DNA of 32,000 nucleotides from NCBI GenBank assembly GCA_943370385.1, contig CALRQT020000008.1, positions 118,214 through 150,213 on the forward strand, read 5' to 3'. The notes below the pieces were generated by a model. That model worked only from the letters and a program-made list of their open reading frames with translations, was not told the origin of the DNA and did not search any database. Of the stretch, positions 17,554-27,599 are shown in pieces (positions within the stretch are counted from its first letter, which is position 1; every line of letters starts with the position of its first letter). This DNA is from Pseudanabaena sp. UWO311 (GTDB taxonomy: Bacteria > Cyanobacteriota > Cyanobacteriia > PCC-6307 > Cyanobiaceae). Made by a program: the position numbers and the translations under genes.

Positions 17554-18612
17554 TCAGAAGCCGAGCACCTGGGCCACCGTGGCGGTGTTGGGCTCGATAC
17601 CGGTGTGGAATTTCGAGTCGTTGTTTTCGATCGCCGTATCGGGGTCCTTGAGGCCGTTGCCCGTGAGCACGCAAACCACCGTGGCGCCAAACGGCACTTC
17701 CTCGCGGCGCTTGATCAAACCGGCCACGGAAGCGGCGCTGGCCGGTTCACAGAAGACCCCTTCGCCACTGCCGAGCAGCTTGTAGGCCTCGATGATCTCG
17801 GCGTCGGTCACGGCCATAAAGGCGCCCTGGCTTTCGCCCTGGGCTTTCAGGGCGTTCTCCTTGTTCACCGGGTTGCCGATGCGGATCGCCGTGGCGATCG
17901 TGTCGGGCTGCTCCACGGTGTGGCCGAGCACCATGGGTGCTGCCCCGGCGGCCTGGAAGCCCATCATGCGCGGCAGGGTGCGGCTGCGGCCAGCGGCTTT
18001 GTATTCCTTGAACCCCATCCAGTAGGCGCTGATGTTGCCGGCATTGCCCACGGGGATGCAGAGCCAATCCGGCGCATCTCCTAGGGCATCCACCACTTCA
18101 AAGGCGGCGGTTTTCTGGCCCTGGAGCCGGAAGGGGTTGAGCGAGTTCACCAGGGTGATCGGGTAGGTGTCCGCCACCTCGCGCACGATCGCCAGGGCCC
18201 GGTCGAAGTTGCCCTTCACGGCCAACACTTCGGCGCCGTAGAGCAGGGCCTGGGCCAGCTTGCCCTGGGCCACGTAGCCATCGGGAATCAGCACAAAGGC
18301 CCGCATGCCGGCCCGGCGGGCATAGGCCGCCGCCGAAGCGGAGGTGTTGCCGGTGCTGGCGCAGATCACGGCCTCAGAGCCGGCTTCGCGGGCCTTGCTG
18401 ATCGCCATGGTCATGCCCCGGTCCTTGAAGGAACCGGTGGGATTAAGACCGTCGTACTTGAGGAACACCTTTACGCCCCGGCCGATCCGCTCCGAGATCA
18501 CGGGCGCCGGGATCAGGGGGGTTGCCCCCTCGCGCAGGGTGATCACCGGCGTGGCTGCCGAAACCGGCAGCCAGGACCGGTAGGCCTCGATTAGGCCTGG
18601 CCAGTCCTGCAT
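17554..18612 (-). CDS. thrC: Threonine synthase
   Basis: The track ORF is 17554..18657. The ATG at 18612 gives MQDWPGLIEAYR.. PLP-enzyme motifs are present (NPTGSFKDRGMT with the Schiff-base Lys, ICASTGNTSASAAAYA, PVGNAGNISAY). Confidence 0.95.
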   Translation of the reverse strand: MQDWPGLIEAYRSWLPVSAATPVITLREGATPLIPAPVISERIGRGVKVFLKYDGLNPTGSFKDRGMTMAISKAREAGSEAVICASTGNTSASAAAYARRAGMRAFVLIPDGYVAQGKLAQALLYGAEVLAVKGNFDRALAIVREVADTYPITLVNSLNPFRLQGQKTAAFEVVDALGDAPDWLCIPVGNAGNISAYWMGFKEYKAAGRSRTLPRMMGFQAAGAAPMVLGHTVEQPDTIATAIRIGNPVNKENALKAQGESQGAFMAVTDAEIIEAYKLLGSGEGVFCEPASAASVAGLIKRREEVPFGATVVCVLTGNGLKDPDTAIENNDSKFHTGIEPNTATVAQVLGF

Positions 18613-18700
18613 CACCGGCTTGGAACCCAGGCGCCGGAGGGCGGACAGCAGAGGCACGGGCAGCGAAGGGAGGGTTGGGATGAATCTACGGCTCAGGCCA

Positions 18701-18725
18701 AAAGCCCTGAGGGCAAGGGCTTTTT
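18701..18725 (-). terminator. Hairpin terminator candidate downstream of the DUF1400-like gene
   Basis: AAAGCCCT (18701-18708) pairs with AGGGCTTT (18716-18723) around a 7-nt loop, flanked by A/T runs on both sides. On the minus strand the stem ends in a UUUU run. It lies about 55 nt after the stop at 18779. Confidence 0.45.
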
Positions 18726-18778
18726 AGCCGGTTTGATCCCCAAGGGAGTTCCTGGGGTAGGGGATGGTCCCCCCAAGC

Positions 18779-19420
18779 TCATTTGCTGCTGCTCGTTTCG
18801 CCCTTGAGACCATCTAGGGGGGCATTCGAGAAGAAATTGACCAGATCGGCGATGGAGCTGGCCTTGCTGGCGATGGCCATCAGGGCCGGAATACTCACCT
18901 CCATCTCGCTGGTGGGGTAGGCCTTGAGGAAGCTGATCGCCGAAAGGCTGCCCTTGCTGTTGTCTAGGCCCAGGATCACGCCGGCCTTCAGGGCGGGCAC
19001 GCCATAGGCCTTGGCCTTGAGCGGGAAAACGATCTGGGCCACCCTTGCCAGGATCGCTTCGCCGATCCGGGTGTTGAGCAGCCGGCTGGTGAGCACGATC
19101 GGCAGGGTTAGTTGCTGGTTGAGCAGCTTGGCCACATCGGCCGGTTTCTGTTTGCTGAGGGTGATCACATCGGCGAGCAAGCCCCTGGCCTGGCCGGTTT
19201 GGGCCAGGCTTTCGAGATCCGCCACCGAGATCGAGCGCATGAAGGCGCCACTCACGAACACCACATTGGTGGCCGCCTGGGCGGCGGGCATGGAGGTGAA
19301 GAGGCCCAGGCCCAGCAGGGCAGCGGCAATTTGAAGTCGTTTGCGGCCCCTTTGACGGGGCTGGGTGGCGTTATGGCGGCGGCTGATCCGGCCCGTAAGC
19401 CTCGGCAAAACCTGGGTCAA
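18779..19420 (-). CDS. Secreted DUF1400-like protein
   Basis: 213-aa ORF (TTG start, uncertain) with the signal peptide RKRLQIAAALLGLGLFTSMPAAQA. The body (VVFVSGAFMRSISVADLESLAQTGQARGLLADV.., LLNTRIGEAILARVAQIV) resembles the cyanobacterial DUF1400 domain as I remember it. This was not verified by search. Confidence 0.5.
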   Translation of the reverse strand: MTQVLPRLTGRISRRHNATQPRQRGRKRLQIAAALLGLGLFTSMPAAQAATNVVFVSGAFMRSISVADLESLAQTGQARGLLADVITLSKQKPADVAKLLNQQLTLPIVLTSRLLNTRIGEAILARVAQIVFPLKAKAYGVPALKAGVILGLDNSKGSLSAISFLKAYPTSEMEVSIPALMAIASKASSIADLVNFFSNAPLDGLKGETSSSK

Positions 19421-19452
19421 AACCTGATTACCTAAGGGTGTTGCCAGGGATT

Positions 19453-21609
19453 TTAGGCTCCGCCAGCGGCGGCCATGCCCATGGCCCGGCGGTTCGACGG
19501 GGAGACCAGCACATCGCGCAGCAACCGCACCACGCCCCGTTCGGCCAGGCCCCGGGCCAGGTCCAGGCCCATCTGGCGCAGGTCCGGTTCCTGCATGAGG
19601 CGCGGCAGGCGCTTGAGCAGCAGTTGGGGCTCAAAGCCTGGCAATTGCTGCAGGATCACCACCAGCCGTTGGATCGGCTCGAGGGAGAGCAGCTCCACAT
19701 CACTGGTGCTGATCGGATCGCGGTCGCGCAGGCCGGGGGGTTGGAGCCGTTTCGGCAGCCGTTGGCTGAGCCGCAGGGCCGCCTGCCAGCCCAGGGCATC
19801 CATCTGGTTGACCAGGCCATCCACCAATTGCTGGCGCAGCAGGCCGGCATGGGGAGAGAACAGAAAATCCAGCACCTGATCCAGCAGGCCATCGAGATCG
19901 AGCTCGGCACCTGAGGCGGCACTGGTGATCAGGTTGTCGAGCCGTTGCCAGCGGAAGATTTCGCCATCGAAAAGCATTTCCCGCAGGCTGTCGCGCAGCT
20001 GGGGATCGGGATCTTCCATCAGGCGCCGGGCGAAATAGGGATAGGCGGCCCCAAGGATCTTGAAGTTGGGATCCACGCTCAAGGCAATGCCTTCCAGGGT
20101 TACCAGGGAGCGGATGATCAGGGCGTAATAGGGGGGAACGCGGAACGGGAAGCGATACATCACGCCGGATAGGTCGTCGGTGACGGCCTTGAAATCCATG
20201 CGGCTCACACCCATCTCCAGGGCCTGGCTGAACACACTTTCAAAGGCAGGAACAATCGGTTCCAGATTCACGTCGTTAGCGAGGAATCCCAGGCTGACAA
20301 AGTCTTTAGAAAGAGCTGGAAAATTGCGATTGACGAGGTGCACCACAGCCTGGATTAGGCCGGTGCGGGCTTCGCGGCTCACCTCACTCATCATGCCGAA
20401 ATCCAGGTAGGCCAACCGGCCATCGGCCAGGGCCAGCAGGTTGCCGGGATGGGGATCGGCATGGAAGAAACCGTGTTCGAGCAGCTGTTGCAGGCTGCAA
20501 TTCACGCCCACCTGCACCATGTCATCGGGATCCATGCCGATGGCCCGAACCGCTTCGAGGTTGGTGAGTTTGACCCCATCAATCCACTCCATGGTCAGCA
20601 CGCGGCGGCTGGTGGCCTGGTGGTAGATCGCCGGCACGGCAATGCGCTTGTTATGCCGATGGAGGGCGGCAAATTGTTCGGCGTTGGCGGCTTCGTTGAG
20701 GTAATCCATCTCTTCGAAGACCCGTTTACCCAGTTCGTCGATCAGGGCGACAAGATCACTGCGAATCAGGCCAATATTCTGGTTGAGCCAAGCGGCGATA
20801 TTGCGAACAATATAAAGATCCAGGGTGATCTGTTCCCGCAGGCCAGGCCGTTGCACCTTGACGGCCACCTTTTCGCCGCTGAGCAGCACGCCCCGATGGA
20901 CCTGGCCGAGGGAGGCGGCCGAAATCGGTTCCCGTTCCAGTTGGGCATAGATCTGGTCCACGGGAGCGCCCAGGTCCTCCTCGATGCAGGCCATGGCCAG
21001 GCCGCTGTCGAAGCCGGGAAGTTGGTCCTGCAGTTGGGCCAGTTCCTCGAGCAATAGGGGCGGAATGATGTCGGGCCGGGTTGAGAGGGCCTGGCCGGCC
21101 TTAATGAAGGCTGGACCCAAATCGGCCAGCAGTTCGGCGCATTGGCGCGCCCGCTGGCGGCCCCGGTCCCGGTCCTTCAGTTGGCCCGTAAACCAGTCAA
21201 AGCCCACGCCGAGCAGATAGAGGCCGATCGGCACCAGGGTTTGCCAAAGGCGCCGGATCAGCCGCTGGGGGTGGCCGGCGTAGATGCGGGTGATCGCCGC
21301 CGGGTCGTAGCTGAGCAGGCCAGAGGCTTCGATGAAATCCCCCAGGTCCTGGTTTTGGGCCAGGGGGGTGGCTTGGCGGGCGGCGGAGTTCAGGACCTGA
21401 CCGTGGCTAGGGGGATCTCCGAGCGGTTCTTGGCTCGCCTGGCTGGGGTCCTCTGGTCCGTCCTTAGCCAGAAGCGTTCCCACCGGGTTCGGCGTGCTGT
21501 TCACCAACGTGTTGGGCTGCTCTAGTTCCGCCGGCTCTGGTTCAAGCGGTTCGCCCGTCACAGCCCGATGCATCGCGGCGACGGCGGCTTCAGCGGCGGT
21601 ACGAACCAT
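19453..21609 (-). CDS. ABC1/AarF/UbiB-family atypical kinase
   Basis: 718-aa ORF with the family motifs LGPAFIKAGQALSTRPDIIPP, PISAASLGQVHRGVL..GEKVAVKVQRPG, GFFHADPHPGNLL and LAYLDFGMM. Confidence 0.9.
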   Translation of the reverse strand: MVRTAAEAAVAAMHRAVTGEPLEPEPAELEQPNTLVNSTPNPVGTLLAKDGPEDPSQASQEPLGDPPSHGQVLNSAARQATPLAQNQDLGDFIEASGLLSYDPAAITRIYAGHPQRLIRRLWQTLVPIGLYLLGVGFDWFTGQLKDRDRGRQRARQCAELLADLGPAFIKAGQALSTRPDIIPPLLLEELAQLQDQLPGFDSGLAMACIEEDLGAPVDQIYAQLEREPISAASLGQVHRGVLLSGEKVAVKVQRPGLREQITLDLYIVRNIAAWLNQNIGLIRSDLVALIDELGKRVFEEMDYLNEAANAEQFAALHRHNKRIAVPAIYHQATSRRVLTMEWIDGVKLTNLEAVRAIGMDPDDMVQVGVNCSLQQLLEHGFFHADPHPGNLLALADGRLAYLDFGMMSEVSREARTGLIQAVVHLVNRNFPALSKDFVSLGFLANDVNLEPIVPAFESVFSQALEMGVSRMDFKAVTDDLSGVMYRFPFRVPPYYALIIRSLVTLEGIALSVDPNFKILGAAYPYFARRLMEDPDPQLRDSLREMLFDGEIFRWQRLDNLITSAASGAELDLDGLLDQVLDFLFSPHAGLLRQQLVDGLVNQMDALGWQAALRLSQRLPKRLQPPGLRDRDPISTSDVELLSLEPIQRLVVILQQLPGFEPQLLLKRLPRLMQEPDLRQMGLDLARGLAERGVVRLLRDVLVSPSNRRAMGMAAAGGA

Positions 21610-21692
21610 GGCAGCAAGGGGCGGCGATCCAGCGGGATGGAGATGGCCAGCCCCCTTCTAAACGAATCCCACAGCCGCTACGGTCGGCCCGA

Positions 21693-23396
21693 TTGCCTGG
21701 GGCCGCTGTGCTGACGGGTCTGCGCCTTGAAAACATTGCCCTGATTGAGAGCTTGGAGCTCGGCTTCAGCGGTGGCTTCACGGTGCTCACCGGGGAAACC
21801 GGCGCTGGCAAGTCGATTTTGCTCGATGCCCTCGATGCTCTGCTGGGGGGCGCCCAGGGAGCGGCGGGCGCCAGGTTGTTGCGCCAGGGCCAGCAGCGGG
21901 GCCGCATCGAAGCCAGTTTCAGCGTGACGCCGCCCCTACAGAGCTGGCTAGAGCAGCAGCACTTTGAGCTGGAGGAGGACGACCTACTGCTCAGTCGCGA
22001 ATGGCGTTTGCAGGAGGAGCGGCTCACCAGCCGGCACCGGCTCAATGGCGTGGTCGTCAGTCGCGCCCAGGTGCAGGAGCTCCGTCCCCTCCTGCTCGAT
22101 CTCACCGTTCAGGGCCAGACCCAGCAATTGGGCCGGCCCGGCCAACAGCGCCGCTGGCTCGATCGCTTTGGCGGCCCCGAGCTGGCCCAGGCCCTCGAGC
22201 CCGTGGCGCTGGCCTATCGCCACTGGAAACAGGCGGCCGCCACCCTGGAGACGGCCCGGCGCGATTGGCAGCAGCTGCAACAGGAACGGCAACAACAGGA
22301 GCAACTGCTGCTGGATCTCGAAGCCGCCCAATTGGACGATCCCCAGGAGCGTCAGGAGCTGGAGCTGGCCCAGGACCGGCTCGTGCACGGGGTGCGCCTA
22401 CAGGAGGGGGTGATGACCCTGCTGGGTCGGCTGATTGAGGGGGCCGACCAGGCTCCCTCTGCCCTGGACCATCTCGCCGCCTGCGAACAGGAGTTGCAGC
22501 TGCTGGAGGCCATCGATCCCAGCCTGCTCGCCCTGCGCCAGGCCTGCACCGATGGCCTGGCCCAACTCCAGGACCTGGCCCGCGATCTCGATCGCTATGG
22601 CGCCAGCCTGGAGAGCGATCCCGAAACCCTGGCCTCCCTGCAGGAGCGCATCGCCCAGCTGAAGACCCTGGAGCGGCGCCATGGCCAAGGCCTGGGCGAA
22701 TTGATCGCCCGGCGTGATGAGCTGCGCCAGCTCCTGGCCCCCGGCGGCGGAGAGGCGGCGCTCAGTGAGCTCGAAGCCCAGGAGCAGCAGAGCCGTGGTC
22801 GGCGGGATCGCTGCAACGGCCAGCTCAGTGCCGCCCGCCGCCTAGCGGCCACGGCCCTGGAGGGCCAGCTGATGGAGGCCCTGCGGCCCATGGGCCTGGC
22901 CAATGTGCGCTTTGCCGTGGCCATCAGTGCGGCGGCGGCCAGCGAGGAGGGCGCCGATGGGGTGCAGTTCCTGTTTTCAGCCAATCCGGGCCAACCCCTG
23001 GCTCCCCTGGCCGAGGTGGCCTCCGGCGGGGAGATGAGCCGCTTTCTCTTGGCCCTGAAAACCTGCCTGGCGGCGGCCGATCCCCACGTCACCCTGCTGT
23101 TTGATGAGATCGACAGTGGCGTCAGCGGCCGGGTGAGCGGCGCCATGGCGGCCCTGCTGCAGAAGTTGGCCCAACAGCGCCAGGTGTTCTGCGTCACCCA
23201 CCAGCCCCTGGTGGCCGCCGCCGCCGAGCACCATTTTCTGGTGTCCAAATGGGTCGAAGCGGGCCAGACCCAAACGCGAGTGTCCCAACTGCGGGACACC
23301 CAGGCCCGCCAAAAGGAACTGGCGGAACTGGCCGGGGGCGATTCCGGCGGGGCCCGCAGCTATGCGGCCAGCCTGCTCGCCAGCCCCCCGGGCTGA
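21693..23396 (+). CDS. recN: DNA repair protein RecN
   Basis: 567-aa ORF with LRLENIALIESLELGFSGGFTVLTGETGAGKSILLDAL (Walker A), a long coiled-coil middle and the C-terminal SGGEMSRFLLAL..LLFDEIDSGVSG. The start is TTG 21693 or GTG 21708. Confidence 0.9.
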   Translation: MPGAAVLTGLRLENIALIESLELGFSGGFTVLTGETGAGKSILLDALDALLGGAQGAAGARLLRQGQQRGRIEASFSVTPPLQSWLEQQHFELEEDDLLLSREWRLQEERLTSRHRLNGVVVSRAQVQELRPLLLDLTVQGQTQQLGRPGQQRRWLDRFGGPELAQALEPVALAYRHWKQAAATLETARRDWQQLQQERQQQEQLLLDLEAAQLDDPQERQELELAQDRLVHGVRLQEGVMTLLGRLIEGADQAPSALDHLAACEQELQLLEAIDPSLLALRQACTDGLAQLQDLARDLDRYGASLESDPETLASLQERIAQLKTLERRHGQGLGELIARRDELRQLLAPGGGEAALSELEAQEQQSRGRRDRCNGQLSAARRLAATALEGQLMEALRPMGLANVRFAVAISAAAASEEGADGVQFLFSANPGQPLAPLAEVASGGEMSRFLLALKTCLAAADPHVTLLFDEIDSGVSGRVSGAMAALLQKLAQQRQVFCVTHQPLVAAAAEHHFLVSKWVEAGQTQTRVSQLRDTQARQKELAELAGGDSGGARSYAASLLASPPG

Positions 23397-23481
23397 ACCT
23401 CAGCGGCGCCGGGACTCCGCCCGGGCGGACCCAACCGGGCCCCGGGTCCCACCTAGAATCGCCCCTTATCGGATCCCGTGG

Positions 23482-26400
23482 ATGGCTCGCGCGAGCGCCA
23501 GTTCTGATCGGCCTGCCACCAGCTCCGCCGCGCCAGCCCGCACCATCAACGAGAAGGCGGCCCAGTTGAGTGCCAGCCGCCTGCTCAATGGCGGCAGCCT
23601 GGAGGACGTGATCCGGGTGCGGGGCGCCCGCCAGCACAACCTCAAAAACGTTGACCTGACGATTCCGCGCAATCGCCTGGTGGTGTTTACCGGGGTCAGT
23701 GGCAGCGGCAAAAGCTCCCTCGCCTTTGACACGATCTTTGCCGAGGGCCAGCGCCGCTACGTCGAGAGCCTCTCGGCCTATGCGCGCCAGTTTCTGGGCC
23801 AGGTGGATAAGCCCGATGTGGATGCGATTGAGGGGCTTTCACCCGCCATCTCGATCGATCAGAAATCCACCAGCCATAACCCCCGCTCCACCGTTGGCAC
23901 GGTGACGGAAATACAGGATTATTTGCGGCTTCTCTATGGCCGCGCCGGCGAACCCCATTGCCCCCAATGTGACCGCTCGATCCGCCCCCAAACCATCGAT
24001 GAGATGGTGGACCAGATCAGTGCTTTGCCTGAAGGTACCCGCTATCAACTGCTGGCGCCGGTGGTGCGCGGCAAGAAGGGCACCCATGTGAAATTACTGG
24101 GCGGTCTGGTGGCGGAGGGTTTTGCCCGGGTGCGCATCAATGGCGAAGTGCGCGAACTCGCCGACAACATCGAACTCGATAAGAACCACGCCCACCACAT
24201 TGAGGTGGTGGTGGACCGGTTGGTGGCCCGTGAAGGCATCCAGGAACGGCTCACCGATTCCCTGCGCACGGCCCTAAAACGCGGGGATGGCCTGGCTTTG
24301 GTGGAGGTGGTGCCCAAGGCCGACCAGCCCCTGCCCGAGGGGCTGGAGCGGGAACGGCTCTATTCGGAAAACTTCGCCTGTCCGGTTCATGGTGCCGTGA
24401 TGGAGGAACTGTCGCCCAGGCTGTTCTCCTTCAACAGCCCCTATGGAGCCTGCCCCGATTGCCATGGCATCGGCCACCTGCGTAAGTTCACGCTGGAGCG
24501 GGTGGTGCCCGATCCAACGCTGCCCGTGTATGCGGCGATTGCCCCTTGGAGTGATAAGGATAATTCCTATTACTTCTCAATGATTTATAGTGTGGGCGAA
24601 GCCTTTGGCTTTGAAATTAAGCTTCCCTGGAACCAACTCACAACCGAACAGCGGGATATTTTGCTGCATGGCAGCACCGAAGAGATCGCCATCCAGGCCG
24701 ATAGTCGCTACCGCAAGGGTCAGGCCTACATGCGCCCGTTTGAGGGCATTTTGCCGATCCTGGAGCGGCAACTGCGCGATGCCAGTGGCGAAGCCGTTCG
24801 CCAAAAATTAGAGAAGTTCCTGGAGATGGTGCCCTGCGCCACCTGTAAGGGTTTGCGGTTGCGCCCCGAGGCCCTGGCCGTGAAGGTGGGCCCCTATGGG
24901 ATCCATGAACTCACGGCCGTGAGTGTGGGCGAAAGTCTGCTGCGGATCGAGGCCTTGATGGGGGTGGGGGCCAGCGAAGGGGCCGATCCCCTGATCACGC
25001 CCCGCCAGATCCAGATTGGTGATCTGGTGTTGCGCGAGGTGCGCATGCGCCTCAAGTTTCTGCTCGATGTGGGCCTCGATTACCTGAGCCTGGATCGCCC
25101 CGCCATGACCCTCTCCGGTGGCGAGGCCCAGCGGATTCGCCTGGCTACCCAAATTGGCGCGGGTCTCACGGGTGTGTTGTATGTGCTCGATGAACCGAGC
25201 ATCGGCCTGCACCAACGCGATAACGATCGCCTGCTGGCCACCCTGTTCAAGCTGCGGGATCTCGGCAACACCCTGATCGTGGTCGAGCACGACGAAGACA
25301 CAATCCGGGCCGCTGATTATGTGGTGGACATCGGTCCTGGCGCCGGCGTCCATGGCGGCCACATCGTGGCCCAAGGTTCCTTAGAAAACCTGCTGACGGC
25401 AGAGGAGTCGTTAACGGGCGCCTATCTGAGCGGCCGTTTGTCGATTCCTACCCCTGCCCAGCGCCGCAGCAGTGGCAGTCGGCGCATCAGTTTGGTGAAT
25501 TGCCAGCGCAACAATCTCAACGGCTTCGATGTGGACATTCCCCTCGGACGCTTGGTGTGCGTGACCGGCGTGAGTGGCAGTGGCAAGAGCACCCTGGTGA
25601 ATGAGCTGCTCCATCCAGCCCTGGAGCACAAGTTGGGCATGAAGGTGCCCTTCCCGGCGGGCCTGGATGAACTCAAGGGCATCAAGGCGATCGACAAGGT
25701 GATCGTGATTGACCAATCCCCGATCGGTCGTACACCCCGCTCCAACCCGGCCACCTACACGGGCGCCTTCGATCCGATTCGCCAGGTGTTTGCGGCCACG
25801 GTGGAGGCCAAGGCCCGCGGCTACCAGGTGGGCCAGTTCAGTTTCAACGTGAAGGGCGGTAGGTGCGAGGCCTGCAGCGGCCAGGGCGTGAACGTGATTG
25901 AGATGAATTTCCTGCCCGATGTCTATGTGCAATGCGACGTGTGTAAGGGTGCTCGCTACAACCGTGAAACCCTGCAGGTGACCTATCGCGGCCACAACAT
26001 TGCTGAAGTGCTGGAGATGACGGTGGAGCAGGCCGCCGAGGTGTTCTCCGCCATTCCCCAGGCGGCGGATCGCCTGCGCACCCTGGTGGATGTGGGCCTG
26101 GGCTACGTCAAACTCGGCCAACCCGCCCCCACCCTCTCCGGCGGTGAAGCCCAACGGGTGAAGCTGGCCACGGAACTCTCGAAGCGGGCCACCGGCAAGA
26201 CCCTCTATCTCATCGATGAACCCACCACGGGCTTAAGTTTCTACGACGTCCATAAATTGATGGATGTGATGCAGCGGTTGGTGGATAAGGGCAACTCGAT
26301 CTTGGTGATCGAGCACAACCTCGATGTGATCCGCTGCGGCGACTGGGTGATCGACCTAGGACCCGAAGGCGGCGACAAGGGCGGCGAGATCGTCGTGGCG

Positions 26401-26499
26401 GGCACGCCTGAGGAGGTGGCGGAGCATTCCACTAGCCATACGGGCAGGTATCTCAAGCAGGTGCTGGCGCAGCATCCGCCGATGGTGGTTGATGCCTGA
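23482..26499 (+). CDS. uvrA: Excinuclease ABC subunit A
   Basis: The track ORF is 23362..26499. The ATG at 23482 is followed by IRVRGARQHNLKNVDLTIPRNRLVVFTGVSGSGKSSLAFDTIFAEGQRRYVESLSAYARQF. Both ABC modules and the zinc-finger cysteines are present (CPQCD, CPDCHG, CEACSGQG..CDVCKG). Confidence 0.97.
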   Translation: MARASASSDRPATSSAAPARTINEKAAQLSASRLLNGGSLEDVIRVRGARQHNLKNVDLTIPRNRLVVFTGVSGSGKSSLAFDTIFAEGQRRYVESLSAYARQFLGQVDKPDVDAIEGLSPAISIDQKSTSHNPRSTVGTVTEIQDYLRLLYGRAGEPHCPQCDRSIRPQTIDEMVDQISALPEGTRYQLLAPVVRGKKGTHVKLLGGLVAEGFARVRINGEVRELADNIELDKNHAHHIEVVVDRLVAREGIQERLTDSLRTALKRGDGLALVEVVPKADQPLPEGLERERLYSENFACPVHGAVMEELSPRLFSFNSPYGACPDCHGIGHLRKFTLERVVPDPTLPVYAAIAPWSDKDNSYYFSMIYSVGEAFGFEIKLPWNQLTTEQRDILLHGSTEEIAIQADSRYRKGQAYMRPFEGILPILERQLRDASGEAVRQKLEKFLEMVPCATCKGLRLRPEALAVKVGPYGIHELTAVSVGESLLRIEALMGVGASEGADPLITPRQIQIGDLVLREVRMRLKFLLDVGLDYLSLDRPAMTLSGGEAQRIRLATQIGAGLTGVLYVLDEPSIGLHQRDNDRLLATLFKLRDLGNTLIVVEHDEDTIRAADYVVDIGPGAGVHGGHIVAQGSLENLLTAEESLTGAYLSGRLSIPTPAQRRSSGSRRISLVNCQRNNLNGFDVDIPLGRLVCVTGVSGSGKSTLVNELLHPALEHKLGMKVPFPAGLDELKGIKAIDKVIVIDQSPIGRTPRSNPATYTGAFDPIRQVFAATVEAKARGYQVGQFSFNVKGGRCEACSGQGVNVIEMNFLPDVYVQCDVCKGARYNRETLQVTYRGHNIAEVLEMTVEQAAEVFSAIPQAADRLRTLVDVGLGYVKLGQPAPTLSGGEAQRVKLATELSKRATGKTLYLIDEPTTGLSFYDVHKLMDVMQRLVDKGNSILVIEHNLDVIRCGDWVIDLGPEGGDKGGEIVVAGTPEEVAEHSTSHTGRYLKQVLAQHPPMVVDA

Positions 26500-26687
26500 G
26501 GTTCTTCTTAGATAGTCCCAATGTATCTTATTGGCTAAAGACACGACAACTGAAGGGATTTTAATATAGATGCGTTGTGCCAGGATTTCTGGCCTTTATT
26601 CTCTATCTTGTTATTTTTGGCAGTTAATTTGTTGTTGGTGCCAAGCAGCAAGGGGTTGCAGTACGTTTTGCTTTCTTTTGGCTGTTA

Positions 26688-27599
26688 TTAAGGTCCAACC
26701 GTTTTTTCATTTAGGCTTTTATATAAAGCCTCGTCAACCGACATTCCTATTGCCTTAACTAGTCGCAGGCGAACTAATAGCTCTTCCTCTTTGCTGAGGA
26801 GACCGTTAGTAAAACGCTTGTTCAAAGAGCTAAAGTTTCGAACGTGGGAGAGGGTAAAAATGTCAATAGCTGCGAAGCGCCAGTCCCCTAAATGGGCGGC
26901 ACACAGTGGTAGGGCGAAACGATCTAATCCATAGCCACTTCGAATGCCAGTGCTAAATGGCATGGCCAGTTCGAGAAGGTCAGTGCGTATGAACGGAGCC
27001 ATAATTTCAACAATTGGCACGCGATGTAAGGTATGGCCAGGTCGCTGACGCAGCCATCCATATTCTTGGCTAAGACTGCTTGTGTGACTCACCGCTGGTT
27101 GTAAAGCCGAAAGGTTATAAATCCGTGCAAGTGCTAACAAGGTAATGACGTCGCTACTACGCAACATCACATCATCATCAATAAAGCCCGTGTAGTGGCC
27201 GGCCGGTGGTCTTGCCAGCCGTTGATAGGCCACTTCCATCAGATGACCCTTGCATTCAGTAGCTTCACTAAGGAGTTCCCATCCATGCGGATTACTGCCT
27301 GCTTCAAAGCCTTCGCCCGTCCAGTCGAACAGCACGACGCGACAGGGAAATTGCTGATCGACCAGCACACAGTGCCTGCCTCTTTGTGAAGCAATTACAA
27401 TCAGATCGTTTGGCTGGGCACTTGGATTAATAGTAGGCTTGCCATTAGTGATTGGATCCTGGCTTTCAAGTTCTTCGATTTTCTTTGCCATTTCGGGCAA
27501 AAATTGATCGCTATGGCTGTCAATAACCCAACGCTTCCATTGCAGTCGCTCTGCGTTGGGTGCCGCATCAAGTAGCTTGGGAAAGCTAATGGCAGCCAT
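26688..27599 (-). CDS. DUF707-like protein (putative glycosyltransferase-fold, function unknown)
   Basis: 303-aa ORF in low-GC DNA. It shares the ordered motif pattern I remember from plant/bacterial DUF707: RVVLFDWTGEG, TGFIDDDVML (DxD-like), LSALQPAV, IVEIMAPFIRTDLL and SGYGLDRF. An HMM search is needed to confirm this. Confidence 0.6.
   Translation of the reverse strand: MAAISFPKLLDAAPNAERLQWKRWVIDSHSDQFLPEMAKKIEELESQDPITNGKPTINPSAQPNDLIVIASQRGRHCVLVDQQFPCRVVLFDWTGEGFEAGSNPHGWELLSEATECKGHLMEVAYQRLARPPAGHYTGFIDDDVMLRSSDVITLLALARIYNLSALQPAVSHTSSLSQEYGWLRQRPGHTLHRVPIVEIMAPFIRTDLLELAMPFSTGIRSGYGLDRFALPLCAAHLGDWRFAAIDIFTLSHVRNFSSLNKRFTNGLLSKEEELLVRLRLVKAIGMSVDEALYKSLNEKTVGP

Noticed and set aside
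24808-26154. 188-aa and 247-aa minus-strand ORFs (24808-25374 and 25411-26154)
   Set aside because: They are antisense to uvrA, whose frame is unambiguous from its Walker and zinc-finger motifs.
26570-26758. 62-aa Cys/Phe-rich plus-strand ORF downstream of uvrA
   Set aside because: It overlaps the 3' end of the DUF707-like gene, lies in AT-rich DNA, has implausible composition and has no RBS. A weak hairpin at 26579-26593 (GCCAG-GATTT-CTGGC plus a T-rich tail) may instead be a poor uvrA terminator.
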